Assembly (NCBI GenBank): GCA_047967505.1
Contig: CM106538.1
Source of the DNA: Dipteris shenzhenensis
Taxonomy: Eukaryota
Direction: 5' to 3' (one strand)
DNA length: 64,000 bases
Below are positions 35,474 through 49,110 of this stretch, one piece after another. The translations under genes were made by a program, and so were the position numbers. The notes beneath the pieces were generated by a model. The model was given only the letters and a program-made list of their open reading frames with translations. It did no database searches and was not told where the DNA came from. Each line of letters opens with the position of its first letter. The first letter of the stretch is position 1.

Positions 35474-37794
35474 TCATTGCACCTTGGAAATTATCAAGCC
35501 TATAGTCTCCCCACCCACCTCGTGTAACACATGATATTACAAGAAGTTTATATTCATATTGGCACATATTTCAACCCACAATCTCCCACTCCTTTATTTT
35601 TTCTTTCAAAGAACAATTTACAAGCATGCTTTCCAACTTACCCTCCAAAATAGCTACTCAAAGAAGTAAGGAAGAATGAATTCTTGTAATTAAAAATCAT
35701 CTATAGAAACGAATCAATTGTTGTTTTCTCCTCCTACTAGGAATCGAATCCACTATATCATTATGTTGCAAGGCTCAAAGGTGTGTGTATATAAAGCTTG
35801 GCCATCAACGGTAATTAACTCCTCACGTCAAGGGAGCCACTTGAAAATTTGTAACCTTAGCACATGTGTTTTAACTTTGATACTCCTTTGCACATAACGT
35901 TTACATACATTCAAACTTTTAGTGCCAAAAAAAAATATCTGAATTAATTAGCTCTTGAAGACATGTGGTATGTGTGATTTCTATACAGATTTGACCTCCC
36001 TAAGTATTTTCACTTGCAATAAATTCTTCCACTAAATGCATAGTAGCTATGATCCCTCCAAAAAACACAAGGATTTAATGATCATTACTTTAATTTTTCA
36101 AAATGTACTAATAGAAATAGTAGCACCAAATAAAAATTAGTTCAAAAAATGTTGCATATTGTAAAATTCTAGAAAGATCAAATCAAGAATTAGACCCATA
36201 ACTCATCTTGGGCTACTTCATCATTTCACCATTTATCTTTTGCTAACTTGTTGAAGATGTAAATTATACTATGTGTGTAATTGGGATAATGTATATGCCA
36301 AGAGGCAAAATGTGCGTAATTGAAGATGTAAATTTCACTATGTGTGGAATTGGGACAACGTATATGCCAAGAGGCAAAATGTACATTTTGTCCATCAAAA
36401 CTTTTGTATTTATCAAAATAATAACTACAAACGTTTGTAATTCAATCTTTGCACCTAAACTGCTTCAGTTTGAGAGGGGGTAGAGTTTGCACTTCCTCTT
36501 CCTCGTATTTCTTTTTTCAATTTGAGAGTATGCATAATTTTGCACCTCTCTCATTTAGTTAGTTTGTCAAGAGGAAAGGATGTAGCTCTTTGCCTCTCAC
36601 ATGTGCTTTCACAAGTCTTGTCAAGGTTTGTAGCTACTCTACTGATATGCCCTTTCTCCCATTTGGTTGGTTAGGAGGGGCCATAAAAAACCCAGCACCC
36701 CTCTTCTTTTTGAGTACACAAGGTTGGTCCTCATTATCCTCATTGGTCGAGGCATGAGGGACGAGCCTAGCCACTAAGATGGTGATTGTGAACAAGGCCC
36801 CATCCTAGCCTAGCACCCAATGTGCGACCTAATGTCCCAAATGTAGTGCCAAACAAATTGCAAGGGATACAAACAAGGATACAGATGGGCGTACATAAAC
36901 ATCTAATGAAGTCCACCATTACAACAAAGAATCTACATGGAGTACCACAACTTGCCACATAGATGGCAGAACAATTGCTATGATGATGCTAGAGTAGTAG
37001 AAAGTGATAGAAGTTTCCCCACCCTAGCATGTTGTTCATGATAGAAAAAGTACAAAGGTGGCCCAAAGAAAGTAAGCCTAAGGCCCTATTTGATGGTTTA
37101 GCCAATGCAGCTACACCTAGTTCATATCTTTTCATATCTATTTAGTGGTCTAGCTATTGGTGGTGGCTTGATTAGAGAGGATAAGTTACATAAATATTTG
37201 ACAACTAAACATATTCTCAAGCTTGCCTCTCAACTTCTGGCTAAAGCCAATGAGAGAGTGAGCATCGTAGTAGAGGAGCAAGAGGTGATGTGGCCTCATC
37301 AATGCCACATGGTAGTCTTTCAAGCCAACACTAATTGTTGCTACATGGTAGCCTCAAAGCCTACCTTTTAGGCCCCCCTTGAATCTTTGTCACTATTCTA
37401 GTTAGAAAGGCAATAAAGCCTTCTCCTCCAAGCTTGTTCAAAGGTCTCACTCGTGCCATCTCAAGTCTTTTGCAAAGGTCCTCTCTAAATCTTTTCAAAA
37501 TGCCCTATCTTAAACCACATTCAAGCTTCAAAGGGTGGTTTGCACCATTATTTTATCCTCTTAAAATGCTAAAAAATGTGTCCTCCATAGCATCCCATTT
37601 AGTAAAATATGTATTACCATATTGCACGTACCAATTCACACAATCTAGTTCTATCTTTAGACCCTTCAAAAAGTAGGAGTCAGATAGTGGGTCAAAGCTC
37701 ATTCCTTATTTGATAATGACATGATATTGAGTGGAGTCACACTAGTACACATAGGCACTTTTATGACTCTTAACATACTAGTCTAATATTTCTG

Positions 37795-39319
37795 GAGGGT
37801 CATTGTTTGCTTGGGTGTAGCCATTTTTGGTGAGGTTCAGGATTTTTTCTGTATATAGGTATCTTGCATGACCCATAACTTATGCATTGCTCAACGGAAT
37901 TCGGTAAACTTTGTCTTCAAGTTGTAGTACACATTTCAAACTTGAACATGAGAGCAAAAAATTATGGAATAAGCATTTGGAAAGAGACTGTTAAAGCATT
38001 ACAAGTGCTATGTTACATGGCAAGCATGCATCTTGAAGACTATAGGATATAGCAATTTATTCAAAAGCATCAAAATTTGTTTATTATATACTTTAATTAG
38101 ACTGTGTTTTGTCTTCTTTTAGTAGTAGCAAAAAGGAGGCTCACTGTTCTATTGTTCTCGCATGTTGGGTCAGCAGACCGAGTTGTATCTCAAGTTTATG
38201 GATCAGAATCCATACATTTCAATTGGGCAAAGGAGCTTTGAGCATTGTAAGCCCTGGTACATCAGGAAAGTCAAAGACAAAAATGTTTATTATTACAAAA
38301 CACACATAGACTTTGACCTGGACCGACAAGCTATGAATGACTTGAGATCTGGTCGTGTTGGAGCATTGCTCCATGGGGATCGATGCCCATGCCTCCCCGA
38401 TGAATGCGCAGTCTGTAGGCCACCTGGATCCTCATCCTGTGTTGCAAGGGAGGGCAGGTTTTGTAGCCTAAGGTCTCTGTGGGAGACAGTGGTTTGTCCA
38501 AAGAGAGACCATGAGTAGCACCGGATTGAATGCATTCACAGCACATGCAAGCATTGCAGTTTGACGTTAAAGAACAAGACATTCAATGTCTATCCAAATG
38601 AAATGAGGGAAGACAACCATGTTGCTCTAAAATGGAGAAGATTTGAAAATGTCAATGTTGAAGGATCTGATAAAAAGAGATGGCTACTATCATATAAGAG
38701 CACCCAGCCAAGGGAGCTTATAGGTTACGTGGTTCAATCCATCCCAAAATATGTGCTTCACAATTTCACAGCCAGATGTCAGGATAAGCAATTCAAGATG
38801 TGCCTTGCCAATTTTCCCCATGACACTATTATATCTGTCATAGATTTTGCTGAAAATTATTCATTTCAAGAAGAAGATAAGATATAAAGTGCTCACTGGT
38901 ACAACAAGCAGATAACAATTCTTGTGCATATCACATACCGTCATTTTCTTGATTCTTCCATGCTTGATGCCAATCTGCTTGCTGACTCACAGGAGTCCAG
39001 GTCAGTGCAATGCATGTACCATTTCTACATTTTAGATGATAGGGAACATGACACCTTATTTATGCAGCATGCTTTTCAACTGCATCGGGAATGGCTGAAA
39101 AAGGAAAATCGCCATGCAGAAAATATAAAACAACATTGGGTGTGGTCAGATGGTGCTGCCTGTCAATTTAAATCAACCTGTGGATTCTACTTCGTCTCAA
39201 GGTTCAAATCCGAGTCAAATCGTTGACCCATTTAGACATGATGTAGAATTTCTTTGGGTCTAGCCATGGCAAGGGTGAACATGATGGATGCGGTTCTATT
39301 ATTAAGCAAGCTCTATTTA
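37795..39319 (+). mobile_element. Duplicate of the truncated Sola2-like fragment
   Basis: Colinear with 10654-12180; DFAENYSF, WSDG, HGKGEHDG. Confidence 0.7.
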
Positions 39320-40874
39320 AAAGGTCAATGAGAGGTGGGCTTTTTTAAAAAAAATTTGTAGAATGCACAATTGGTTGTGCTTTGATAAGTCTTAGCAAGC
39401 ATCACTTTTATTGAAGAGGGGAGTCTGCATACTTGCCACCATCCAACAAACAAATTGATAAGAACCATATTTGAATTTAGTTGGGAAGACAGGTGTCATA
39501 AACACCCCTCCCTTGTTATCAGGATCATGATAAAAAAAGTTGCTCACACTACAAACTCATAAAGCTAAATTTTGACACAATGATATACGTGTAAAATTAG
39601 TTGGGTTGTGCCAAAGGAAATGCAATTTTATTGTTATGCAATGAAGAAAAATGTTAATGCATTTGTGCTGAGAACAAAAAAAAGGAGAAAAGAGGAGATA
39701 ATAAATAAATACATAGAGCATTAAATGTAGAACTAAGATTTAGAGCAAAGAAGGGGGAAATTTTATAAGAAAGAGGAGCATAAATTAATATTTAGAGCAT
39801 AAAATGCAAAATTTTAAAAGAAAGATAGGGTTTTTTTTAAATAATTAAAAAGTAAGGACTTGGAAAGACTTAAGAAAGACTAAGAGCATAAAACTTAAAT
39901 AAACGAAGCCTTAGAGCCCTAAATGATCAATTAAGAGAGAGACTTTTAAGGGAAATAAAGGATGGGGAAAAGTAAAGGATTTGGGGGGGGGGGGGATTGA
40001 AAAGAGAGGACCTTAATGTCCAAGTCGTAATGATAGGTGCAGGTACAACAAGGTACAGTGATGGAGTGCCACGTGATCAAAGGACCATGCACAACTGTCG
40101 AGACGTAGTGTAGAGGAGGCACGGGATTTGGGGACTATCATCGTAAAGAGACATAGAGACAGCTACAAGACAGAGACTACTAGGGAACCACAAGCAAGGG
40201 GGCCAGCTAAGGTGAGAGGTCCACGTATGAGAGGCGGAAGAGGTGATAGGACAATGATGGGAGCAAAAGGCAAGGGGCTTAAAGTAGGTTGTAGGCATTA
40301 CGCAATCGATGGGACGAAGGCACGTCGTTTACGAAAAATCAATCAGTCGGGCAGAGGGAGGGTTAAGAGTTTTAGAGAGGGGAGAATTTAGAGCGTAGGA
40401 GAATTGCTGAGAGTGGAGGGGGTTAAGTAGCTTGTGAGGCTAGTCGGTAGTTGGAAGCGACTATCAGGCAGGGAAAAGAAGGGTCGAGGAAGATAAGGGG
40501 TTTCTTTTGGAGGGAGTAAACTAGGCGGTTGGATAGAGGTTTAATTAGGGAGGGGAGGTTAGGGGGAGAGGGGGTTATAAGTTTAGTTAAGGAAGAAATT
40601 GGGAAATTTTAGGGGGAATTTAGGGGGGCAAAAATAGGGGGAAATCGGGAGAAGAACTAGGTGAAAATTGAGGGGGCAAAGAGGGGGGGTAGGAAAATTA
40701 GAAAAAATATTTAAGAAAAATTTAAGGGAAATTTAAGCAGAATTAGGGGGAAATAAAGGAGAAAGCTAGGGAAAAATTAGAGAGGGGGTGGGGGGAAGGA
40801 AGGGAAAAAGGAAGAGGGGAGGGGAAATTAAACATGGAAATAATATAGGGGGAAGGGATAAAAAGTAAATTGAA
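39319..40874 (-). mobile_element. Non-autonomous Helitron copy C (both ends lost)
   Basis: Homologous to 12177-13718. Confidence 0.75.
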
Positions 40875-41902
40875 CAAATACTATTGCATTGTCACCTTGA
40901 GCTAGAACCCCTAGGGTCTAAGATGCTAAACCTGGACCTGTTGGAAGCATATAGCTAGGATCCAAATCGTGAAACCTTAGACCCATACCAAAGCTGGCAA
41001 CTTCAAAACTTGAACATAGGACCTGGTATCCCAATATTCAAGACAAAATGTAACCCAAAATCTGATATTTGAGATCACAATTTAGAACACTAAAACCCAA
41101 AGCTCATAAACCTAGCCTAGACCTAAACATTGGATCCAGATCCCAAAAATTGAACCCAAAGATTGTAGAATATGAAGCTTGGAATGTGGAATCTAAAACT
41201 TAGATCGAGGACACTAGAACTTGTAACTTGGATAAGAAACATATAGCATCAAAATACTAGAATACCAAATCTAAGGTTTGGATGTATCTATCCACCGTCT
41301 CCAGAAAATGGCACTATTTCCATTCTTCAAAATTTCCCCCATCTTAATGTCACAATTGTAAGATTGTGGAGAATGTCACTAGTGCCATTCCCCCATTGCA
41401 TAAGCATGACATTGCACTAGCCCTTAGATGATGAAGTCACTATCTACCTTAATGGTTCCTCTTTCTACCATTTGATATAACTAGTTATTCTCGCAGAAAT
41501 CCCCTCTTTTACTATCTCTATTTTTTGGTTCCTTCAGCCCATAGCAGCAAGGCTATTTTGGCTGCTTTTTACAATGCTCAAGAACACAATCAGATGACAT
41601 GTGTACAAGAAAATCCACACAAAATAGAGGTATGTACAGTAATATTGATAGCAAAAATACCAAGTAATATATTGCTCTAAGGTATGACAAAAGAGGCACA
41701 ATCTACATAGCACCTAAAGCCCATTGCCTACACATAACAAACACAACACACAATCTTCACAACCCTTTTCCAAATCTCTCAACAAAATCCAAACATCATA
41801 CTTGAATCAAAATTCGTACAAGGTTTTGAATTGCAAGAAGATATCCCGATTCAAAAACCATATATAATTGCAAAGGCATCATAATAAGACACTCTACAAA
41901 AA

Positions 41903-41979
<77 letters not shown>

Positions 41980-42389
41980 CCATGCACACCAAATGCCATG
42001 TATTCTAGAATATGTGTATGAGACTAATGAACCCTTCTACAAATTTTGGAAACTTTTTGTTGGTGTTTAGAAGTGGGAAGATGAAACTGGTGTGTTGTTC
42101 AATTCCCATGTTGTAGATGGTACACAATTTTGCAATTAGTGTATCTTCTCCATGGAGGATCCCAATTCCACTCCCAAATGTTTGGATCTATTGTGCATCA
42201 GTGCGTGGAACATCCATCCCATGGGATAGGTGATTTTCATAACCTTCTCCTCAGCTCATGTGTAAGTCCCCAACACTTGTGGTTCATTGCATGTAGTGGT
42301 ATTTGAAGATGTGTGTGCTTTGTTCCACTATCGATGTAGAGCATCCTACAACTTGCATTCCTTGTGCATTGTCACAGATGGAAGATCCA

Positions 42390-42710
42390 ACGTCCATTCG
42401 ATGTTCCACCTTTCGAACCATGCTTGCACATAAAGAACCCAACCTCTTAAGAGTATCCCACCCTAGATAGTCCAAAGTCCATGTTCCACCCTTCGAACCA
42501 TGCTTGCACGCAAAGAACCCAACCTCTTAAGAGTATCCCACCCTAGATAGTCTTTTGTAGCATGGACCCTTAAGAGTACCTTACTCTTAATAGTCTTCTG
42601 TAGAATGGACCCAACATCCATTCAATGTTCCACCTCTAGAACCATGCTTGCATGTCAAGATCCCATCCTCTTAAGAGTATCTTACTCTTAATAGTCTTCT
42701 ATAGCATGGA
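42390..42710. repeat. Imperfect ~80-bp tandem repeats (atgttccacc..gaaccatgcttgca..ctcttaagagta)
   Basis: Two near-complete copies and further partial copies. Confidence 0.75.
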
Positions 42711-43981
42711 ATCAATCTCCCAAGTGAGTCTTGGTAGTTTTTCATTGGCAGGTTCTTCACCTTTTTTTTATATTAGTATACTGTTGACTTCCAAATTTTG
42801 GTCTCAATCAATGTGGCAATCTATGCACCGTATGTCTTTCAATTGGATTCACATCCATCTTATGTGAGAAGTGCGACCTTTAAAGAGGTTTTGGGCACTA
42901 CAAGTCCATCCTTCAATGAGAAACCACTTTCATTAGGACATCTATAATAGGTATATTCACATTTTCAAAGATGGTTGGAGCATCGGTAGCTTGCATGCAT
43001 GTGCAATGGCAAGGAGATGCACTAGGAATTGCCTAAGTGAAACAAAACCTATGGCACTTCTGGCACACCACCTTTGTTGACCGTGCTAAGGAAGGCCTTA
43101 TTGAAGGAAGATGATAGGATGGAGTTTGCAAGAATGGAAATGGGACCCCGAAATTGATGAAGGAGCAAGATGGGAGGATGGCAAAGAACCCCCAAAACTA
43201 ACAAAGGATCACAATACGAGGAAGTAAGATGAAGATACCAATGACTCCTAGAAGACTTGAAAGTGGCAAGATACAAGACACAACAAAGCCAATGTTGAAG
43301 CATCATGAGCAAAAGGTTCCCTACAAAGTCCTACCCTAAGAAGATGAGTTCATGACATGCATTAAGGTATGGAGAGGAACTTATTTGCATCCCAATAAAT
43401 TCATCAATTCGGCACTAATGTAATTGCCAAGGAATGCTTTTTTTGTCGAATAGACGAAGAGGATGCCTTAATACTAGTTATACTAAGGGTGAGGACCAAA
43501 GAAGGTCAGAGGAGTAGTGTGAACTTGCACAAAATAATGTAAAGCATTCCAGATGATATTAGGAAAAAAAAAAGAGTGGATGAGAAAACTCATATAATCT
43601 TGTCACTGGATGAGAAAAGAATCCAAGACAAGGAAAAATGAGAGAATTTCAGCATTTCAAAATTGGATATGATGCAAAAGATAGCAAAGAGCATGGAGTA
43701 AAAGAATGCCGAGTCAAGGTCCTACGTCTAAAGCATGCCGCTACATAATGGACTAGGAAGTAGTACCCCACCAAGAATGGATCTAAGCTCAAGATCCATC
43801 AGGGAAAAGGACTGATTTGAGCTCAATAGAGCTCTCCACAAGGATGAAGATCCGATAGGAACTTCACCAACAATTCCGCTAGCAAACCATTCAGGAATGG
43901 CAAGACCAAAAGTGAAGATTAGATTACAAAAATTTATGAGAAAAGAGGGGGAAAAGGTCTAGGGTTTTTTCCAGTATAGCT

Positions 43982-45090
43982 CTATTGCTTTTTCCATAGT
44001 GGACACTCGGCATTGGTATGGTTCTCTCCACAAAAAATAGAACTGAATCTTGTATGGGCCTTGATTCTTCCCCTTATTGTTTCTACCTTTACCCTTGCCT
44101 TGCTTGGACCCGGTAGGAATCTATCTTTCACCTTAGTATCAGATACCACTTGATTCACATTTGTAGTCCTCTTCTTTGCATACCAGTAGTCGGAATCATC
44201 ATGACCAAAATTAGTACATCCATCACAATATTTGTTCTGCATTCATTTTTGTGTGTCCTTTTCAAGAACACTTGTTGTTCCTTTTTTTGTTCGGGCCTAG
44301 TTTCTCTTGGAAAGCCATTTCTTTTAGGACTTTCTTCACTACATCGCATCCATCCAAAACATTTGCTTCTCAAAGTCCATGCAACCCTTCCATTTTCCCA
44401 TAATGAGGTTGTAGTTTGTCCTATCCTCTATGCTTGATCATTGTAAATGTCAAACCATGATCTTGAAATTTTATGCACAATATGCTCCAAAACATGGTAG
44501 ATCACTTTGGCACTTTGGAATACAAAACCAATACCTTAGCACAAGAACCAAACCTTACATCTTTGGAATTTTCTTGATTGTGTATGTTTAAGTTATAGCT
44601 AGAGTGCCTATGCTTTGCTCCACTTGGATGATGCCTAATGCATCTCCTCACCTCTCATGCAAGCTATACATTCCCCGACCCTATGAAGGAAATATACCCA
44701 TTACTAAATTGACAAATCAAAGTTGTTGCTCATGGAAGGATGGATTCTACCACACGAAATCCCTCCAAAATTGCAATTTTCACACAAGATAGAAAAATAT
44801 GAATGTGAAATCATTTGTGAACACATTGCAGAGATGGACAATTTAATTTGGAGCAAATTCGGGAAGAGAATTAATTCTTTGATTTATCCTCTGTGTACTA
44901 AAGTACAAGTAGGCACATCAACAATCGACACACCCTCCATGTTTGACACCCCTTGCTTCATTTTCCTCTCATGTAGACACCTATACTACCTTCACACTTG
45001 TCATATATTATGCATATTCCTATACTACTTCACACTTGGCATCCACCTCCACACACTCCTATACACTACTTGTTCAGAGTGCATTCAATA
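43982..45090 (-). mobile_element. Decayed retrotransposon gag-like fragment
   Basis: Knuckle-like CDGCTNFGHDDSD and FCGENHTNAEC; disrupted frames. Confidence 0.4.
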
Positions 45091-45092
45091 AA

Positions 45093-45480
45093 TGAAAACA
45101 CAGATCACACGACGTCAACTCAGATGCAATAGGTGCAAGGAGTTGGACAAGAGACTAACAGGAGTCGGATTGCATGTAAACTGAACTAAACAATGAAAGA
45201 ACAGCAAAGGACTCGTGAATTTGCAAAACGGATATATTGTATTATGCTTCAGCAGAGATAAACAACAACTCAACCTCAAAATGGGTGGTTACAGGACTTT
45301 TATAGCTGTCCAAATCCATTCTGACTGTTATAAGTCTGCAATCAGTTATATCTTTTAGTAACAACCCTTGTTACAAAACATCATACTATTGCATTAGCCC
45401 ACTACTTATTAGTTATAGAAAGTGGTATCCACTATAGACTTAGTAACTGCCTTGTGCCACGGGACAGACTTATCCTAACA
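45093..45480 (-). repeat. 3' LTR of the Ty3/gypsy element
   Basis: Minus strand TGTTAGG...TTTTCA with internal CTATAAAAAG; lies downstream of pol and the extra ORF. Confidence 0.65.
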
Positions 45481-45499
45481 TATGCTGACCCTGGGTTAT

Positions 45500-47723
45500 T
45501 AGCGACATAAGTGGAGATTGAGTCTTTAACACCTGGCACTTCCGGTGGAGAGACTTTTTCTCAAAAAGTTGGAGACTCGAACCCTTTACTGGAAATAATC
45601 CTTCAGATCAAGCTTGAAACTATGTGTCACTGCCAGGTCAATTTCTATACTTTGACTGACAATAGGGTCAGATGTGGGCTGGTCTTCGTTTTTGTCATGC
45701 TTCTCTGCATCTACTGTATATTCTGCTACTTCTATTGTCTTAGGTGGACTAGCACACCATGATTGAGTTGGGCTACTCATAGCATCAACATTTGCAAATA
45801 ATTCACGCATCTCTGTTTCTACCTAGGCATACCGATTAACCTCTTCTGCATGGATTGTAGGAGTTTTTGAGGTGTCTGTAGGTTCTTCACATAGTATGGA
45901 AAAATTTTGCTCAAATGGCATTTGTCTTTTAGTTCCTGCCTTCACTCTTGCCCTGAGACCCTTTAGCTTGTGTGCCATAGCCTGATATGTGTAAGCAGCT
46001 GATGTGAATGCTTCATATGGGCATGTAGCAATTGTAAAAAGCTTGCTTTTAAGATTGGCCCATGCTTCTTGTGAAGTTCTGCTAAGCTGATTCTTCATTT
46101 CAGTAATATCTGTTGTTGTCATAAGCACACTGCCTACTTCTTCTTCCATTTCCTTGAGTTGTACTTCAACATTTTCAAGTGCATAGATACGGTCTTTCAG
46201 GAGTGTATTCACAATCTATAATTCTCTCTAATCAGCTCCCATTTTGTCAAGTTGAATAAAAAATTCATCCTTCATTTCTTGCAGCCATGCTTTGATAGTA
46301 GGCATGCATTCTTGTTGTACTTTGACCTGCCGTGCCAATTTTCCTATGTATCTGTTTTGTTGTTCATAGAGCTGTGGTATTCTTTAGCCATCTTTGCAAC
46401 CTCTGCATGTGCATTAGCTACCTCTTTCTCAAGTTTTGTCTGTTTGAGAAGGAAACTCTTTGCTACCTCTTTTTCTTTCTGTAACTCCTGTACTTGCTTT
46501 TGCGATTCCTGGTTCTTTTTTCTTTGCTGATCACAGTAGTCTTTCATTGTGATTAAGGCATGGTCTACCTCCATTGTTGACACTTCCTCATGTGTCCTCT
46601 TTGCCAGTGTATTTGAGATCGGGGTATCTGAAAGAATAGTAAGTTTCCGTAGCAGTGAGAAACCACCTACTGGGCTATGTGGAGGAGTATTGAGTAGGAT
46701 TCTTGGGAGGTCTTCCAGCTGCACCCATGTCTGTTTTGCTACTGTGTTTGCTTTTGGATTTAGCTTAATCTTCCTTGTTGCTGGCTTCTTTGATTTGCTT
46801 GGGAGCTTTGCTTCTTTGGCAATGGGAGTATCCCATAACGATTTTGCTAGTAATGTTCCATACACCGCTTGCATGCTCTCTTCATGTGAATAGTTGGCTG
46901 CCTCCAAATCTTGTACCAAGGCATCTTTAGGGGATCCGGGTTGTGCCTGCTCTCTTGCTTTGTATCTTGGCTGTGCCGCATTTTTGTCCTTTGCTCCCTA
47001 TATTGGATAATCACATGAGGCTTCTTAGTCAAACTTTGTGCTACAAATTCGAATAGAGCGGTGATGATTGGTGAAATCTTCAAGTGTGCATTTGTTGACG
47101 TTAAGTCCTTTTTTACAATTTCGCTCATGACCCTTGAATGCAGGATATGAGCTCAACTGATTCTGGTCCCCTTTTCGGCTACTCTGAGCAAGGAATATGA
47201 GTCGTAGCTCATTGTATTAGTTTTGACCAACAATTGCATTCTCTCCAAATACTAGATTAATTGCTGCCTTCTCCTACTGTCTTGCACATTACTAAAAAAA
47301 AAAACTTTTTGGCCGTCTTAGGCGGACCGAACTCTTGCTGCATCTCTTTTTGGCCATCTCAAGTGGACTAAACTCTATCTGCATCTCTTGATCAATATCC
47401 TTTTGATACGTTACCTCCTATTTTATCAACTATAATTGAAAAACTTCAACAATGACTTCGGGGGTAACCATTAATGTATCTATCAACTCACCTCCCATTT
47501 TTTGGAAAGACTCGTACTGTTTGAGAGCATCGGGTGAGGATTTCCAAGCCACCCAGGGCAGTGTCACATAGTGCAGCAAGCCGATCTTTTTCAGCCATTT
47601 TTGCTTCTTCTGCATGTCTAGAGATACTTTGAATCTGGGGAAGGTAGCTGTAATTATCTGCTTCTTTAGTGCTGGCTGTGGCATCTCATAGTCACTCTCT
47701 GTCTCTTCGTTTGCTTCCGCCAT
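45500..47723 (-). pseudogene. Extra ORF between gypsy integrase and 3' LTR, with coiled-coil C-terminal part
   Basis: Same-strand ORF pieces 47430-47723, 46847-47128, 46344-46919, 45823-46212, 45586-45810; heptad E/K/Q-rich segments. Confidence 0.6.
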
Positions 47724-48252
47724 GATGGCTTTCTCTACAGCAGGGCTCTAGCATGGGCTCTTTCATGCGGGGGTCATCAGCTTCTTCTTGGGAGCCATGT
47801 CCGAGTCAAGGAGGGTGGTAGAGATGAGGAGGTCGAGGGATGGCTGTTGAGGCTGAGAAGAGATCAGGGTTGTGGGTCGGGACTTACATTTCGGTGCCAT
47901 ATGTACCAGTTCATGTGGCGTGGAGCTTGCTGGGACTGGCATTTTTTGGTTGATCTTTGTTGAGCTTACTTGTTGTCAACTGGCAGTCGGAGTTGGCAAT
48001 TGGGGGAGAGTTGCATCGAGCTCCCATCGTCGGATTATTAGAGTCCTTGTGAGGATTGCATCAGTGTCATGTGTAATTTCCATGATTGGCCGCGTTAAGG
48101 CTGGAGCTTCACATGAAAGTGGGAAATTATCCACATACTATGGGCGGTGAAGTCGTATGCTCGCATTCTAAGGCAAGAGTATGAATTGTGCATTGGATGG
48201 GACAAAATTTCCTTGGTGGTGGATAGTCGACGGGCGATAGTCAGGGGGTGTG

Positions 48253-48395
48253 GATGGTTGACTTACTGGAGTCGGGGCAAAGTCGGATGCTTGGCAGATG
48301 GTTGACTTACTGGAGTCGGGGCAAAGTCAGATGCTTGGCGGATGGTTGACTTACTGGAGTCAGGGCAAAGTTGGGGCAAAGTCGGATGCTTGGCA
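48253..48395. repeat. 43-bp tandem repeat x3 in the gypsy pol to extra-ORF spacer
   Basis: gatggttgacttactggagtcggggcaaagtcggatgcttggc repeated. Confidence 0.9.
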
Positions 48396-49110
48396 GTGTG
48401 TGCACCTTTAGTTGAAAGAGGGACGAAAGTGTTCTCATTGGCAAAAAACTAAGAGCAAAAAGTAGACCCATCAGGCATTAGAATCCCTCTAATCAACCTC
48501 GTATGTGTCAATCGGATGTGGCATGCAGCCTAAGGTTCAATCAAACTTTGGCCGGATAGATTATGGTGGAGCACTGGCGGACACGAGTCGGATATATCTG
48601 ACTGGGCCGACTGTGCTATCAGATGCCAGTCAAAGTGCATTGTCCAGGGAGTTAGACTCCTGTCGGACTACTGCTTTGATCAAATATGGCCTTTTTTGTA
48701 TGCTCCAACTCTCCTATGATGACATTATAATTAACCACTTGTTTGCTAAGATAAAATAAAATTGCCTAATCAGATAGCTTACTGCTTTGTAGTTGGTTTG
48801 AGTGTCTTGTCGGGAGGGCTGCTGCTTGATGTCAGAGCTGTTTTGTTAGGGTGGCGAAGAGATGTCCACTGTTGCTGCTACTTTTCTAGTAACCTTTGTC
48901 GCTACTGCTTCATATAGTGCTCTTTCATTGTTGCTGCTCTTGATTTCTTCCATCAGTTGTGTAAAATATTTTTGATATTGCATTATTCTCTTCATTCATC
49001 ACTACGGAGGGTTCTTCTTTGATTTTTTGTAGACTAAACAGTTGAAATCTCTTGAATCCTTGTAAGTGATTTTCTTATGCAGGTCCTTGTCTATGTGATA
49101 TACATATAGT

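Larger units (their letters stand above)
30711..42241 (+). repeat. Segmental duplication, copy 2
   Basis: Colinear with 2681-17343; homology ends after ggtgattttcata. Confidence 0.95.

Noticed and set aside
1-41394. One giant element with >1-kb terminal inverted repeats
   Set aside because: The right arm continues seamlessly into Helitron copy C and the left arm cuts a Rep gene mid-domain, which fits a rearrangement better than TIRs; outer ends are not visible
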